Position numbers and translations under genes: made by a program
DNA from: Octopus sinensis
Lineage: Eukaryota
NCBI RefSeq assembly: GCF_006345805.1
Contig: NC_043013.1
Location: forward strand, 20,336,001 to 20,400,000
DNA: 64,000 nt
Direction: 5' to 3'
Notes under the pieces: generated by a model
Told to the model about the DNA's origin: nothing
Database searches by the model: none
What the model saw: the letters and a program-made list of their open reading frames with translations, nothing else
Shown here: piece by piece, positions 49,610 through 63,380 of the stretch
Layout: every line of letters starts with the position of its first letter
How positions within the stretch are numbered: position 1 is the stretch's first letter

Positions 49610-50102
49610 ACACATATATATATATGTACATATGTGTACATAAACATACATAAATATATATATATACAAATGTATGTACATGTATATCTATCTGTCTGTC
49701 TGTCTGTCTACCTCCCTGTCTGATGTATGTATGTATGTATGTAAGGATGTATGCAAATGAGTATATACGTGGGTGTAGTATGTGTGTGTGTAACTTTTAC
49801 AAACGTACATATAAATACATTAAACACATATATATAAGAATATATATACATACACATACATGCATACACACACATATATACATGTATGTATGTGTGTATG
49901 TATGTATTTGAATACATATGTACGTTTGCACGTTGTTTCTCGTACGAATATATATATATCTATATATGTGTGTTTGTGTGTGCGTGTATGTGTGTATACA
50001 CAAGCACACACACACTCATACACATACAATACAAAAAATTTAATTATATAAAAAGAAACAGAATGATACAAATCTCACGAAATGTATATATAATAAATAT
50101 AT

Positions 50103-50147
<45 letters not shown>

Positions 50148-50498
50148 ATACACACTCACATATAAACACGAAATCATCTTTCCATATGTTATTCTGTTTT
50201 TTTAAACATTTTCTTTACATATGATTAATAATTTCTAATTTAAGTAACAAACGCTTCATACAAGTGTGTGTGTGTGTGTGTGGTGTGTGTGTATATATTA
50301 TATATATATATATATGTATGTTATATATATATTTACTTTATGACTGTTTAGGTAAGCGGTGCTACTGCTGCTGCCACTTTATCCTTCCCTTTTAACACCA
50401 ACAAGATTATCTGGATTTCTTAAATAAAGGATTTGTCTTTTTCCCTTAAATTTCAGAAAAAAAAAATCAACTTTACACAATAAATTCTTGACTTTTAC

Positions 50499-50544
<46 letters not shown>

Positions 50545-50904
50545 AGAGCGCTTGTGTGGAAGAGAGATAGGCAAGAAGAGAAAGTGAGAGGGGGAGAGAC
50601 TGAGATATGGAGAAAAAGAGAGTGAGAATGGGAGAGCGGAAAAGAGAGAGAGAGAAACAAAGAAAGAAGGATTATGTAAAGGGAAATCCATGATGATAAG
50701 ATGCATGCCTAAATATATCCCAGAATTTCGTTTAAACCCCGTTAATGGCGTACTTGAATGCCACTTTGAGTTATTACTTTGAAGTTAATTCCTACTATTT
50801 TGTCATATCTTGAAAAGATGTAGAATTGGTAGAAAGTTAGATTAGTGTCTTTTTGTGGTACTTTTTGTGGTACTTTTTAGTGTATCCTTTTGTGGTAGAA
50901 ATAG

Positions 50905-51960
50905 TAACCAAATCTTCTTCAAATCTCAGCTTTGACTACAGAAAACAGGCCCCAAACCGGCTGCTTCTAGGAATGCAGCGAAGTAGCGATGGTGACCCCA
51001 TCGAGGGCTCTCGACTTGTCCAAATTTATCAATACCGTAGATTGAAGTGGAGGGTGTTGTATATGGATCTATTGGGTTTTGCACACAGTTATGCTTTTCT
51101 GACTAAACCATCTACGGCAACGCCAACCTCTTCGCCAGCAACTTGGCCAAAATTTTAAACTCTATATATAGGAGCTGGAAGTTATTTTATCCCTTTGTTG
51201 GTGTCCTTTCTGAATACTGTTAGTACGCCTCGGTTCACAAGACTGTATATTCTTCCATTTTGTTGCCGGTGGCGAACGTTTAACGTTCGCCAAGAAGTCA
51301 CCAAATAGATCTGGCATATGAACATAAGAATATTAAGCGCCCCATTCCAGTTATTGCCCCTTAATACCCCTTAATGTATTGTTATTGCCCCTTAATACCA
51401 CTTAATGTATTGTTATTGCCCCTTAAGGGATTGCCCCTTAATACCTTCTCTATTCCAGTTATTGCCCCTTAATACCACTTAATGTATTGTTATTGCCCCT
51501 TAATGCCCCTTAATACCTTCTCTATTCCAGTTGCTGTTATTGGCCTTTCGCAGTGCCTTGTCTTTTCCGGGAGAGCCATCGAGGTAGGCACTAAACTTCA
51601 TAACCACCTCCTGGTCTATCGTTCACTCTCAACAATTGAGCACAGTGCTGCTGTAACGTAGCGCACATTTGCTTGAAACCGTCAAACTTTGAACTGTGGC
51701 TTTGTCGCCACGTCAAGTATCCGGCATACGTGCCCATCGAACGGCTTGTATTCCTTTTAGTTTTAGCGCACGAAGTCTCGCTCTGACAACGTAGCATTTT
51801 CTTGTTCTCAGTGAAGAAACAGTCATGGTCATTCCTACTGCGAATGCGTTGGTTGCGACGCCATTTCTGACTCCCATTTATTTTGAGTTTAACTAGTTCG
51901 CCTTCTAATCTATTTCTCAATAGCATTAGCTCTTTACTAAAACACCACAGACATATTTAA
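50905..51960 (-). pseudogene. Tx1/L1-clade LINE ORF2 pseudogene fragment
   Basis: In order: CYVVRARLRAL, MPDLFGDFLANV, VNRGVLTVFRKD, FKILAKLLAKRLA, VLINLDKSRALD, HRYFAAFLEAAGLGPVF; multiple frameshifts. Confidence 0.8.
51345..51540. repeat. Minisatellite built from ttattgccccttaat modules inside the Tx1 ORF
   Basis: Direct reading. Confidence 0.9.
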
Positions 51961-52326
51961 TTGCTCTGTCCAAGGCTTCCAACCGGCTATTGTTGATTAT
52001 TCCCCCTGTCAAGTACAACTTGACTCAGTTACTAATCCGGTTTTTTGTAGGCTTTTCGCACCGGGTAAGATGCGTCCAACTTCTCGTAGCTGCGTCCATG
52101 TATATGAGTGAGTCCTAACAATAATAATTGCTTCAAATTTAAGCATATGACTATTAATTTTGAGATGAAGGGGCACGTCGATTACGTTGACCCTACTACT
52201 TGACAAGTAGGGTGAAAGGCAATGCTGATTTCGACTAGATATGAGCTCGAAGCGTAAAGAGCTGGAAGAAATGTAACAAAGCATACTGTCCGATGCGCTT
52301 ATGATTCTGCCAGTTCGTGGTCTTCA

Positions 52327-52403
<77 letters not shown>

Positions 52404-52710
52404 GCAAAAGGGACTGATTGCTACCTAGCTCAGATACCAGGAAACCCCAAAATGGCAGAAATTCAAAAGATAGTGCTCATGGGAACTGCTCATATCCTAC
52501 GCAAAATATTTTCTATGTAATCTCAAGTTTTAAAACAAACATAATTTTCTCATGGTTTCTTAAACATTCTCAAGAACAATACTATGTACAAAACCAAATA
52601 TATGGCACCCTAGGCATAACACCAGCATGAACTTCCAACTTGTTGTCTCTTGAGGTCTCTGGATGAGACTTGGAGCCAACTTGTACAAATACAAAGCAAA
52701 AGTCAAACAT
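52404..52710 (+). mobile_element. R4/Dong-like (RLE) non-LTR retrotransposon 3' end within (TAA)n
   Basis: IPGNPKMAEIQKIVLMGTAHILRKIFSM* resembles the RLE-element C-terminus; TAA repeats on both sides. Confidence 0.75.
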
Positions 52711-52867
52711 AAATTAATAATAATAAGGATAATAACAATAATAAAAAGAAGAAGAAGAAGAAGAAGAAGAAGAAGAAGAAGAAGAAGAAGAAGAAGAAGA
52801 AGAAGAAGAAGAAGAAGAAGAAGAAGAAGAATATAATCATCGTCATCATTACCATCATTATTATCAT

Positions 52868-53075
52868 AAGCTGGCAGAATCGTTAGCACGAAGGTGAAAT
52901 GCTTAGCGGTATTTCGTCTGCTACGTTCTGAGTTCAAATTCCGCTGAGGTCGACATTACTTTTTATCTTTTCGGTGTCGATAAATTCAGTGACAGTGAAA
53001 CACTGAGATCGATGTAATCGACTAGTCTCCCCACCCCCAAATTCTAGGCTTTGTTCCTATAGTAGAAAGGATTAT
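52868..53075 (+). mobile_element. SINE family A, A2 tail
   Basis: Head, box B and A2 tail. Confidence 0.85.
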
Positions 53076-53114
53076 TGTTGTTATTATTATTATTATTATT
53101 ATTCTCTTTGCACT

Positions 53115-53338
53115 CCTTTACTTGTTTCAGTCATTTGACTGCGGCCATGCTGGAGCACCGCCTTTAGTCGAGCAAATCGACCCCAAGACTTATTCTTTGT
53201 AATACTTATTCTATCGGTCCGTTTTGCCGAACTGCTAAATTACGGGGACGTAAACACACCAGCATCGGTTGCCAAGCAATGTTGGTGGGACAAACACAGA
53301 CACACAAACATATACACACATATACATACATACATACA

Positions 53339-53374
<36 letters not shown>

Positions 53375-53379
53375 TATAT

Positions 53380-53429
<50 letters not shown>

Positions 53430-53619
53430 TGTATATATGTATATATACATATATACGATGGCCTTCTTTCAGTTTCTGTCTACCAAATACACTCACAAGG
53501 CTATGGTCGGCCCGAGGCTATAGTAGAAGACACTTGCTCGAGGTTCCACGCAGTAAGACTGAACCCGGAACCATGTGGTTGGTAAGCAAGCTATTTACCA
53601 CACAGCCATTCCTGCGCCT
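53115..53619 (-). mobile_element. SINE family B, full-length reference copy
   Basis: tRNA-like head aggcgcaggaatggctgtgtggtaa..ggttccgggttcagtc, CORE-like centre, internal (TA)/(TATG) microsatellite, tail tgactgaaacaagtaaa. Confidence 0.95.
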
Positions 53620-53642
53620 ATTATTATTATTTATTATTATTA

Positions 53643-53675
<33 letters not shown>

Positions 53676-54379
53676 GTTATTGTTATTATACTCCAATAAT
53701 GTGAACGCTATAGCCTCGTGAGATGAAGATTCTTTACGGTTCTATAGAAGATTCTAAACATGGTAATATATACTCATTAATATCACAATTATTTATAATT
53801 GCTGTTGTTGTTGTAGTCGTTTATGTTATAATTAAATAACGACCAACAAAACCTCAATTCCAGAAATACCAAAAGTTTGTAAAAACTCCATTTTCTTCTA
53901 TAGCATTTCTTGACATTTTCTTACAGCAAGAAAAAATAAAACGTAAAAAAAAAAAATCTAAAAAACACCAAAATACACGAAAAACAATTTTAAAGTAAAA
54001 CAAACAAACAAACAAAGCCAAAATCTCCCCTAAAATTCTTTTCTCGTCAACTAATTTTATTTCTTCATTTTGTTTTTGCTACCTCTCCACCCCCACCCCC
54101 CACCTTGCCATTGCATCATGAATCGATATGGATTCCAATGTATTCTAAATTGATTCTCGACGCTGAATGGACTAAAGAAATCACCTGAAGCAGTGACGAC
54201 AGTATGTATATATATGTATATATATATATGTATGTATGTATTATGTATGTATATATATATATATCGAAAGAGAGATAAATAGATAGATATACAAACACAC
54301 ACACATACGCACATATATGCATATATATTTATACATGCATATATATATATATATACCTCTATACACATATACATAAATG

Positions 54380-54413
<34 letters not shown>

Positions 54414-54545
54414 ATATATAAATATATATGTGTGTGTGTATGTATGTATATACATATGAACATATCTATATATGTATATATATACATATATATATATGTA
54501 TATATATAAATATATATGTATATATGTATGTATATACATATGCAC

Positions 54546-54652
<107 letters not shown>

Positions 54653-55049
54653 TATACGTGCATGTATGTATATACATATGTTGTAATGTATGGCTTACAA
54701 GACAAAAGATTTCCAGGAATGAATTGCTGAACAATTCCATTCTATTTTGCCATTGTGAACTTCTACAGAGAAGTTAGAATCTGAAAGAGAGAAAAAAATC
54801 TACATATCATATATCAATTTAGAGGAGGAGGCAATATGGTCCGATTTAGAAATTCTAGACAAGAGTTCGATTTTCACTAAAAGAAGAATTTAAAATTTAT
54901 TTTACATTGCTTCCTTTTCGCAATGGCTCTGGGCGTTGCAGACCTTTGGAGTCGGACCAATGTGGCTTATGTCGTTCGTTGACTACAAGTTTGACGGCTG
55001 TAGGAATACGTGGGAGAAAGGATGATGTTCGTGGGTTGAAGCGGTGATT

Positions 55050-56010
55050 AGGCGGTAGGGATATTTTGTATTCACAACCAAGATGTGAACTCCAGAGACA
55101 AACGCCTAACAGAATTCAAAGAATTTCTACTCAAACAAAAATACCCATCTGTACTTCTGGAGAATGGTATACAGCGTACTATAGAAATATCAATGCAACA
55201 ACTTAGGGCAACCCCCAAAAGGAGGAAAACAAAAACAGGTCATATCATTTATAGTGACGCATAATCCGTGGCACTAAAATATCTTTAGTATTGCCAAAGA
55301 AAACTTGCCGATTATTGCTCAAAATAATGAATTAAAGGATATAATTAATCACGGATCGGGCTGTGATTCTAAATAGACAGACGAAGAGCTGAAACAATTA
55401 TTAACAAACGCAAAGTTTGACCTAAGCAACAATCCTTTCTATTATAGGCACAAGGCCTGAAATTTTGGGGGAGGAGGCCAGTCGATTATATCGACCCCAG
55501 TGCGCAGCTGGTACTTAATTCATCGACCCCGAGAGGATGAAAGGCAAAGTAACCCACGGCGGAATTTGAACTCACAACGTAGCGATGGGGAAAATGCTGC
55601 TAAGCATTTCGTCCAGTGTGCTAACAACTCTGCCAGCTCGCCGCTAAGCAACAATGGCGAATCATTCATACCGGTCAATGCATGAACACAAAAATCGGAA
55701 GAATATTTACAAAGGCAAATATGAACTGCAAAAGCAGAAATTTAATTTACTGCATCAAATGCCGGAATTGTGAAGAGATCGGTCGGATCGGGAATGAATT
55801 ATTGGAGCATTCACGTGTGCACCGGCAATAAATTAGAGGCCCTGTTACCTGTCAGATCCTTTGAGGAACCATCTGGCAGCATGTGGTCAGAAAAAAAGTT
55901 TATAACTTTCCCATTCTACAAACTACACAACTCAAGTGAAGTTGAGAGAGAAGTCAGAGAAAAGAATTTTATTGATAAATTCAAACCCGTTCTAAATGGA
56001 CAGTTATAGT
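55050..56010 (+). pseudogene. Penelope-like element RT thumb/linker and GIY-YIG endonuclease pseudogene
   Basis: RDKRLTEFKEFLLKQKYPSVLLENGIQR, NCKSRNLIYCIKCRNC, REVREKNFIDKFKPVLN; frameshifts; SINE A inserted at ~55440-55645. Confidence 0.85.
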
Positions 56011-56599
56011 AACGGTGATAATTATAATGATGATGGTGATAATAATAATAATACGTATTACTGCTACCACCGCCACCACTAACAACAGCAATAACAAAGG
56101 TGATGGTAAGGGTGGTAGTAGTGTTGACCAACCACTCGGACATTGACTCGATTGAAATTTAAAATTTCCGGAATAGTAACTATAGAACACAATGAAAACA
56201 GGAATGTTGTTTACACTTCAAAATATAGCTCGATAGTTATTCCTTTAGGTGCATTCAAAGAAAAGAATTCTTGACGAGCCCAACAAACCGTGACTTCTAA
56301 GCCGCATTCAGTTAAAACTTAGTTGGCGCGCTCATCAAACCGTGACATCTATGCTATATAATGATTGGTCAAAATACAGTTTGTAAGATTCAGCCTGCTT
56401 GGAGTCCATCGAAGGATTACAGTTATCAACTGAGAAACACGACCATCACTACATAAACCTGATAAATGATGAATGCACGAAAGTTGTAAAATGGTAAAAA
56501 TTGTAAATGATGATAGGTGAAAATCAGACTTAATTGGAATTTCATTGATTAATATATTCCTCTATACACTATCACAGGTAGTGGGATACACACACACAC

Positions 56600-56657
<58 letters not shown>

Positions 56658-57044
56658 ACACACACACACACACATACACATCCATATATCTATATTCACC
56701 GGTGCCCCAGCATGGCCACAGCTCGTGAGCTGAAACTAGAATCAATCAATCAATCAATCATATAGACACACACACTCACAAACACGCACACAGAGAAAGA
56801 GAAGTACAGATATGATTCTGTACTTAAGAACTTCACTTTGTGACATATATACATATATATTGCTTCTCAGTCTTATGGCTAAGATCGAAGTCTAATATCT
56901 ACTCTTAACATTTTAATACATACGACGCCACTCCTATTTGGGAAGCATCGATATTAGACTGAATTTTTAGGAGGCGAAGGGGGTTTTTTCTTCCTTTTCC
57001 ACGGGTTGGCCTGTTATTGCAGTACCTTCAGGATTTGGCCCGGA

Positions 57045-57130
57045 TTGGCTGTGTGGTAAGTAGCTCGCTTACCAAGCACATGGTTCCGGGTTCATTTCCA
57101 CTGCGTGGCAAGTGTCTTCTACTATAGCAT
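57045..57130 (+). mobile_element. SINE family B head fragment
   Basis: ggctgtgtggtaagtagctcgcttacc..ggttccgggttca. Confidence 0.8.
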
Positions 57131-57541
57131 ATATATATATATGCTACAAAGCAATAGTGCTCAGAGTATATATATACATACACACACACACCACACACAC
57201 ACACACATATATATATATAATATTCTAATGCATCGCTACGTGTTTCCACAAATCACGTGTTTCTTACGATTGTAGTCTGTATTCCTAGGATGATTACATT
57301 ACAGTCCGTAAAATCCGCAGACATCGGGTGGGTCATTGTTCATGTGTTCATTTCCTCAGGCGATATGGCCTTAACGTTGAAAGCAACGAATGTATAACAG
57401 AAGGATGTTTATCAGTTTTTCACCAATGAAAAGTTTGAATGGGTTATGTGGACAGTTCTGTGTGTATTTGTGGGAAAGGAATGTGTGGTGGTGTGTAGTG
57501 GTGGTGGTGTGTGTGTATATACGCACACATACATACATGTG

Positions 57542-57577
<36 letters not shown>

Positions 57578-57694
57578 CATATAAAGCTACTGAAATAACT
57601 ATGTATCATGTTTGAATTAATAGTTTAATTTCAAAGTTTGGCGGCAAAAACTAGAGAAAATGCCAAGACAACGAAATTGTACATATTCTTTCAC

Positions 57695-57734
<40 letters not shown>

Positions 57735-57754
57735 TACATTCATACATATATCTG

Positions 57755-57816
<62 letters not shown>

Positions 57817-58674
57817 TACGTAGTTAAACATTCTAAAGAAATAACTTTCAGTTTTACATCAGTTTAGAGAGAGAGAGAGAGAGAGAGCAATTTGGTGATA
57901 AAAACAAGAAGAAGAAGAAGAAAGAGGAAGAGAGAGAGAGAGAGAGACTTTAAAGTATGGAGCTGATCGGTGTAAAATGAATGGATTTCTGTTGTTTATT
58001 GACACCAGATATATGTTATCAAAAGTGAAGTGTCACCAGGAAATACTTCGATATCTCGCGAGAAAAGTGAAGAACATACACGAAATAATTGAAGCCACTC
58101 AGGAAATCCGTAAATTGGTTGCTGTCAGAAGATGATAGATGTAAAATTTCCATAGATATTTCTCCAGCAACGCGTCTTCTGAGTGCAGTGAGAAAGAACA
58201 AGACAGAACTGTCGGATGAGAGTGTGTTAACAAGTAACTACGGTTACACTTGTTTTAGCATTTTCCCATCGTATCTGATCCACCATCGTTTGGTATTGGA
58301 AGATATCTGATGGAAAAATAAAGTAAATGTTGATCGTTGCTGAAGGATGAATGAAAATATCATGTGTTGGAGAGAATGGTTGGATAACTTTGGACATATC
58401 TTATCTCACTTAGAGACATATCTTCCATGCGAATCAGCATTCAGTCACTGCAGAGGTTTATATTAATAGAAAATGGATTGAATGAAATATATAAATATAT
58501 AAATAAGTAAATATATGAATATAAATATGCTTTTCTAACTTTATTGACAACAACCGGAAATTTATGGAAAGAAGTTAAGTAACTCTGCTTCAAATCGTTT
58601 TCAGTCGTAGATTTCGCTTGCCAGCAATATACAACCGATAGGAGGCGTTGTAACATATTAAAATAAAGCGTGGA

Positions 58675-58758
58675 ATGGTCACGGCTGGATCGTCATTAAT
58701 CGCACTTCTTCTGACATGGGGAGTAAAAGAGAAAAAAGAAGGAAGCACCCCAACACAG
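58675..58758 (+). CDS. Candidate first coding exon
   Basis: CAG|GTAAGA donor; ATG 58675 (MVTAGSSLIALLLTWG...) or ATG 58716 (MGSKREKRRKHPNT). Confidence 0.3.
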
Positions 58759-58849
58759 GTAAGAAATAGCAGTCAAACCACACCAATTTCGAAAAAGGAA
58801 AGACAGGTTATATTGATTAATTTTGTGCTTATCTTAGATTTTTAAAATC

Positions 58850-59730
58850 TTTTTCTTGTTTCAGTCATTTGACTGCGGCCATGCTGGAACACCGTCTCGA
58901 TGGATTTTAGTCGAACAAATCAGCCCTATGACTTATATTTTTAACGCCTACTATTTATGCTATCGGGTCTCTTGCCGAACTGCTAAGTTACAGGGACGTA
59001 AGCACACTCATACCAGCTGTTAAGCGGTGGTGGGAGGACAAACGCATATACAAAGATACACACACACAAAACATACATACATATATATGTATCTATATAT
59101 ATCTATATATATATATATATGTCATTATCCAGTTTATTTCAAGATTTTTTGCCAATAGAGAAAGAATCGGTTTCTAACCTAGGTCCCTTCATTGGAATTT
59201 CAACAACAGGGTATTTTTGTATGCATGTATGTATGTATGTGCTGATTTGTATATTTTATGCATATAGTTGCATATGTAGACATGCTCATATATTTTTAAA
59301 TGATAAACTTCTGGAAAGTTTTACAGATTTTTACAGTTCCAGTGATGGATTACATCTGTAGTCTTCGAATTTGCTTTCTCCTCTCTGGTTTTGAGAAGCC
59401 TAATTTCTCAAGATTGGTATTTGGGCAGTGCATTACATATCCCAGGGCCCCAATAATTACAGGTATCAGCTTGAGCTTGTAATCTGGATAGAGTAACTGC
59501 AGGTGTATGTATGTATCTATGTGTGTGTGTGTGTGTCCTGTCTGTCCTATCTGTGTTTGTCCTCCTACCACCGCTTGACAACTGGTATACAACGGGCTTC
59601 TTTCAGTTTCTTCTTACAAAATCCATTCACAAGGCTTTGGTCGGTCCGAGGCTATAGTAGAAGACACTTGCCCTAAGTGCCACGCAGTAGAACTGAACCA
59701 GGGACCATGAGGTGGGAAGCAAGCTTTTTA
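58850..59730 (-). mobile_element. SINE B pieces (58850-59050 tail, 59590-59730 head) around an RLE fragment
   Basis: Similarity to 53115-53619. Confidence 0.75.
59120..59503 (-). mobile_element. Second RLE-type non-LTR element, 3' end
   Basis: LQLLYPDYKLKLIPVIIGALG...LGFSKPE..IRRLQM*SITGTVKICKTF. Confidence 0.7.
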
Positions 59731-59952
59731 TCACACACACACACACACATGCCAAGCTGACAAAAAGACGTGATGGTCACGAATGGACTTTCTGGACTTC
59801 AATTTTTTTCCTATGTCATTTGCCCACGTAAACCAAACAACTTTAATCTTTGTCTTACAAGCAATTCCACTAAACCACTCTCAGATTTCACTTGCTGCAG
59901 TATTGATCTATGTTTATTCTTACCGTCCATGATAATATCAATAATAATAATG

Positions 59953-60032
<80 letters not shown>

Positions 60033-60175
60033 AATAGTCATATTTCAAACGTATCAATTTTCCTTCCATTTTGTTTGTTAATTGTCGGGCTTCTACATCC
60101 ATACATGATTACTGGTAATACCACAGATTTAAGCAATCTTTCTCCTTCTCTCTCTCTCTCTCTCACTCTCTTTCG

Positions 60176-60208
<33 letters not shown>

Positions 60209-61393
60209 GCACACTTTCTCTCATTCTCCTTTCATCTTTAAGACATTCACTTATCTTTCCTAATTTTCTTCAGTCCAATCATGGCAGACTTTCCAAGAGC
60301 TATTCTTGTTCTAAACAACCGGACTAAAACAAAACATGTTTTAGTTAACTAGAAACAAATATAGTTTTCACACATGACAATATTTCACCTACTGTATCTT
60401 ATAGAATTAGTATGACTGAAGCACAAATAGACACACTTAAAGCTAACGTCCCCAGCTTCTCCACATTCTTCTCCGCCATCTTTTTTTCCTTCATATCATT
60501 ATCCCTTTAGAAGTTTCTAGAAATATTTTACGATAGTGGCGAACAGTACGAATGAGTACTCACCACTGCATTCGAGGATACTTTCAATATTTGTAGATCT
60601 TACACACTACCATACTTTGTAATTCACAATTTTCAAATGCTTCATGTAAAAATGATGGTAACATCGTCTTTATTTCGGATTTGGCTACATGAGATTTTGC
60701 AAGATTTCAAACGTTATCAGGTGCTTTAAAATAGAATATGTAATACACAGATAAGAGGAGGGAAATAACCAGGGACTTTGGCAGTTGCTACTTTCTTTAC
60801 GTTATAATTACTCTTGAAAACAATTTATACCAGGACATGTCCTCCTGTGCTGTTAGCAGTTCTTGGCACATATCTTAGTATAGTAAATGTGTAAGCATAT
60901 TCCGCGCCAATTAAAGTGTAAAGAAAATATGCATTATACACATGAAATAAACTATTACGAGCAAAATCATTTACATTTAGATAATTTGTCATTCGTACAA
61001 CGCGAATTGGAACACCGCTCTCTGTTCGGACTGGAAAACGATGTGCGACGTTGATCTGTTATGTGCTGGAAACCGATATGAACGGTTTTATGTAGTAGCC
61101 AGTGCCATGCGGTCGATGTGAGGCAGTAGATGTGAGTGATGGTGCCGGGCAATTTCTTATAGAACAGCTGACACAGTATTTGGTGCAGAGTGTGAAGTTG
61201 GTTTCGGCAGTTAATGCGAACAGTGGACGGTTTTGAACTGACTACGAAAATAGTGTGAACTTGGCAAACATATCGCTTAGCAACTCCTCGGCCAATTAGC
61301 GACGTTATTGCATCTGGTCCTCGGCCTTGACGTGTACTATCACAGGAAGTATTTCCCGATGATTGAAGCTACTCCTGCTAGTTTTTCGTGAAA

Positions 61394-63380
61394 ATGAGTC
61401 GAAAAAAACCTGTTTGTGAGTGATGTCTTGAACCAAGTGTTGTCGTCTAATGAAGAGAACATCGACAATGATGATTATGGCAATGATGCTGATTTCGAGA
61501 GGGAATCAGACAACGATTTAGACCCGGAAAGTGATAGCGATTATCTCGACAATTATGCTCCTGTACAAAATGTACAGTCACCGGCAAATTTACATGGTGC
61601 ATTGCCTGTCGGTCATCAGAATAGGTAGTGTGTTCGTGATCGTGGCGGAAACGGTGGGTGTGCTCAAGAGGTAGGCCCAATGTTCCGTTCGGAGTAAGAC
61701 TCAATACTCCTCCAAGATGGCAGAGACACTAGGCTTTGCAGAGCGCCAGTCTGCGCCAAGTAATCCACCAGGGCCAAAGAACATACTTGACACTATAAAT
61801 GTATACAGCACTCCAACTGATTATTTTATTTTATTCTGGAATGAGGACTTATGGGATATTTTACTAGGGAAAACTAAGAATGAAGCTGAAAGTGTGTTTC
61901 AGGCAAAGCCGAATAATTTCCCAGCAAAAAATTTGCATGAGAAAAAACTTAACTGAAATCTTTTTTTGGTCTACGGGTGACCATGGAAATGTTGGTGCAC
62001 AAGGATCGCTATGAACAGTACTGGTGGCCAAAGGATGCCTTACTAACACTGACCCCAGGTTTTCCAGAGGTCATGAGGTCATGGGGGCACTGTGTGAACG
62101 ACGGCGATCAGAACATTGATAGGAAAAATAAACTGTACAAGACTCGTCCTATATTCAATCATTTGCTTGATAAATTCAAACAACACTATGTGCGTGGCTG
62201 TGATTAATCGCTAGATGAGATAATGATCCCCACGAATAACAAGTTTTCATTCCAGCAGTGTAGAAAAGATAAGCCAATACCTTGGAGGATAAGATCTTTT
62301 TATTATGTGATTCTGAAAACGGATACATCTGCAACGCAGAAATGTATACCGGAAGGAGAGATGATGCAAATGAAATTGACAACCTCGGTGTCACAGGAAA
62401 CTTAGTTGTGAAGAAGACAAATGAATATGCTGGACAAAACGAAGCACTCTACACTGACAGACTTTACACGTCTGTATAACTTATGGGATATTTTCATTTC
62501 AACAAAAATATTCGAATGTGCTGTACTGCCATAACAAACAGAAGAGAATTCCCAACGACCCTCATAAAAAGAAGTAATGAAATGGAAAGGAGGGACTCAG
62601 AATTTTTGTTCAACAGAAATGTGGCTGTTTTTGTTTGGAAAGACTGAAGACCGATTTATTTCATTACGTCACTCTTTATACCATTCCCCCAAGAACATGT
62701 ACAGCGATATGATGCAAATTGTAAGGCGGCGAGCTGGCAGAAACGTTAGCACGCCGGGCGAAATGCGTAGCCGTATTTCGTCTGCCGTTGCGTTCTGAGT
62801 TCAAATCCCGCCGAGGTCGACTTTGCCTTTCATCCTTTCGGGGTCGATAAATTAAGTACCAGTTACGCACTGGGGTCGATGTAATCGACTCAATCCGTTA
62901 GTCTGTCCTTGTTTGTTCCCTCTATGTTCAGCCCCTTGTGGGTAATAAAGAAACAGATATGATGCAAATGACCACAGAATGGTCCCTGTCCCTTGTCCTA
63001 AGGTAGGGAAAGAATATAATGTCGACCAAATGGCTTGACTTAAAAAGTGTCGCCTTCATTACAAATGGCCTAGACGCCTGATAGTAAAGTTGTTTAAGTT
63101 GGCTGCCTACAATGCTTGCTTGTTGATGGGTTTCTTCAAACCGTATCTCCTCCCTCCCTCGGAAAGAGAGCGAACACATTCCACTTCTTTCTAGATAAAC
63201 TTTGCCACTAACTTGTTGGCAATGTTAGAAACAAGAACATTAACTTTGGCGTTAACTGAGCAGGATGATGAAAAGAGGCTGTTACGTAAGCACACCATGA
63301 TGGGGAAAGGGCAGAAGCAGCATCCAGCTCAGCAACAATCGTTGCAGGGTGTGCAAGGAAACACACCCGAGGGAAAATTT
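61394..63380 (+). pseudogene. piggyBac-superfamily transposase pseudogene
   Basis: Acidic N-terminus, PTDYFILFWNEDLW, KLYKTRPIFNHL, SLDEIMIP, YTDRLYTS, VDQM, KWPRRL and C-terminal NNRCRVCKE; many stops/frameshifts; TTAA-flanked TIRs not found. Confidence 0.9.
62725..62955 (+). mobile_element. SINE family A inserted in piggyBac
   Basis: 14-bp TSD gatatgatgcaaat at 62706-62719 and 62956-62969. Confidence 0.95.

Noticed and set aside
50990-51110. ITVCKTQ...INLDKS as a Helitron Pif1 helicase motif
   Set aside because: Neighbouring frames give a better, ordered match to L1/Tx1 reverse transcriptase.
51591-51926. 111-aa ORF as a host gene
   Set aside because: It overlaps, partly out of frame, the decayed Tx1/L1 ORF2 whose motifs run through the region.
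56455-56495. ctgataaatgatgaatgcacgaaagttg as a hammerhead
   Set aside because: The core is interrupted and no convincing stems I-III form; at most a relic.
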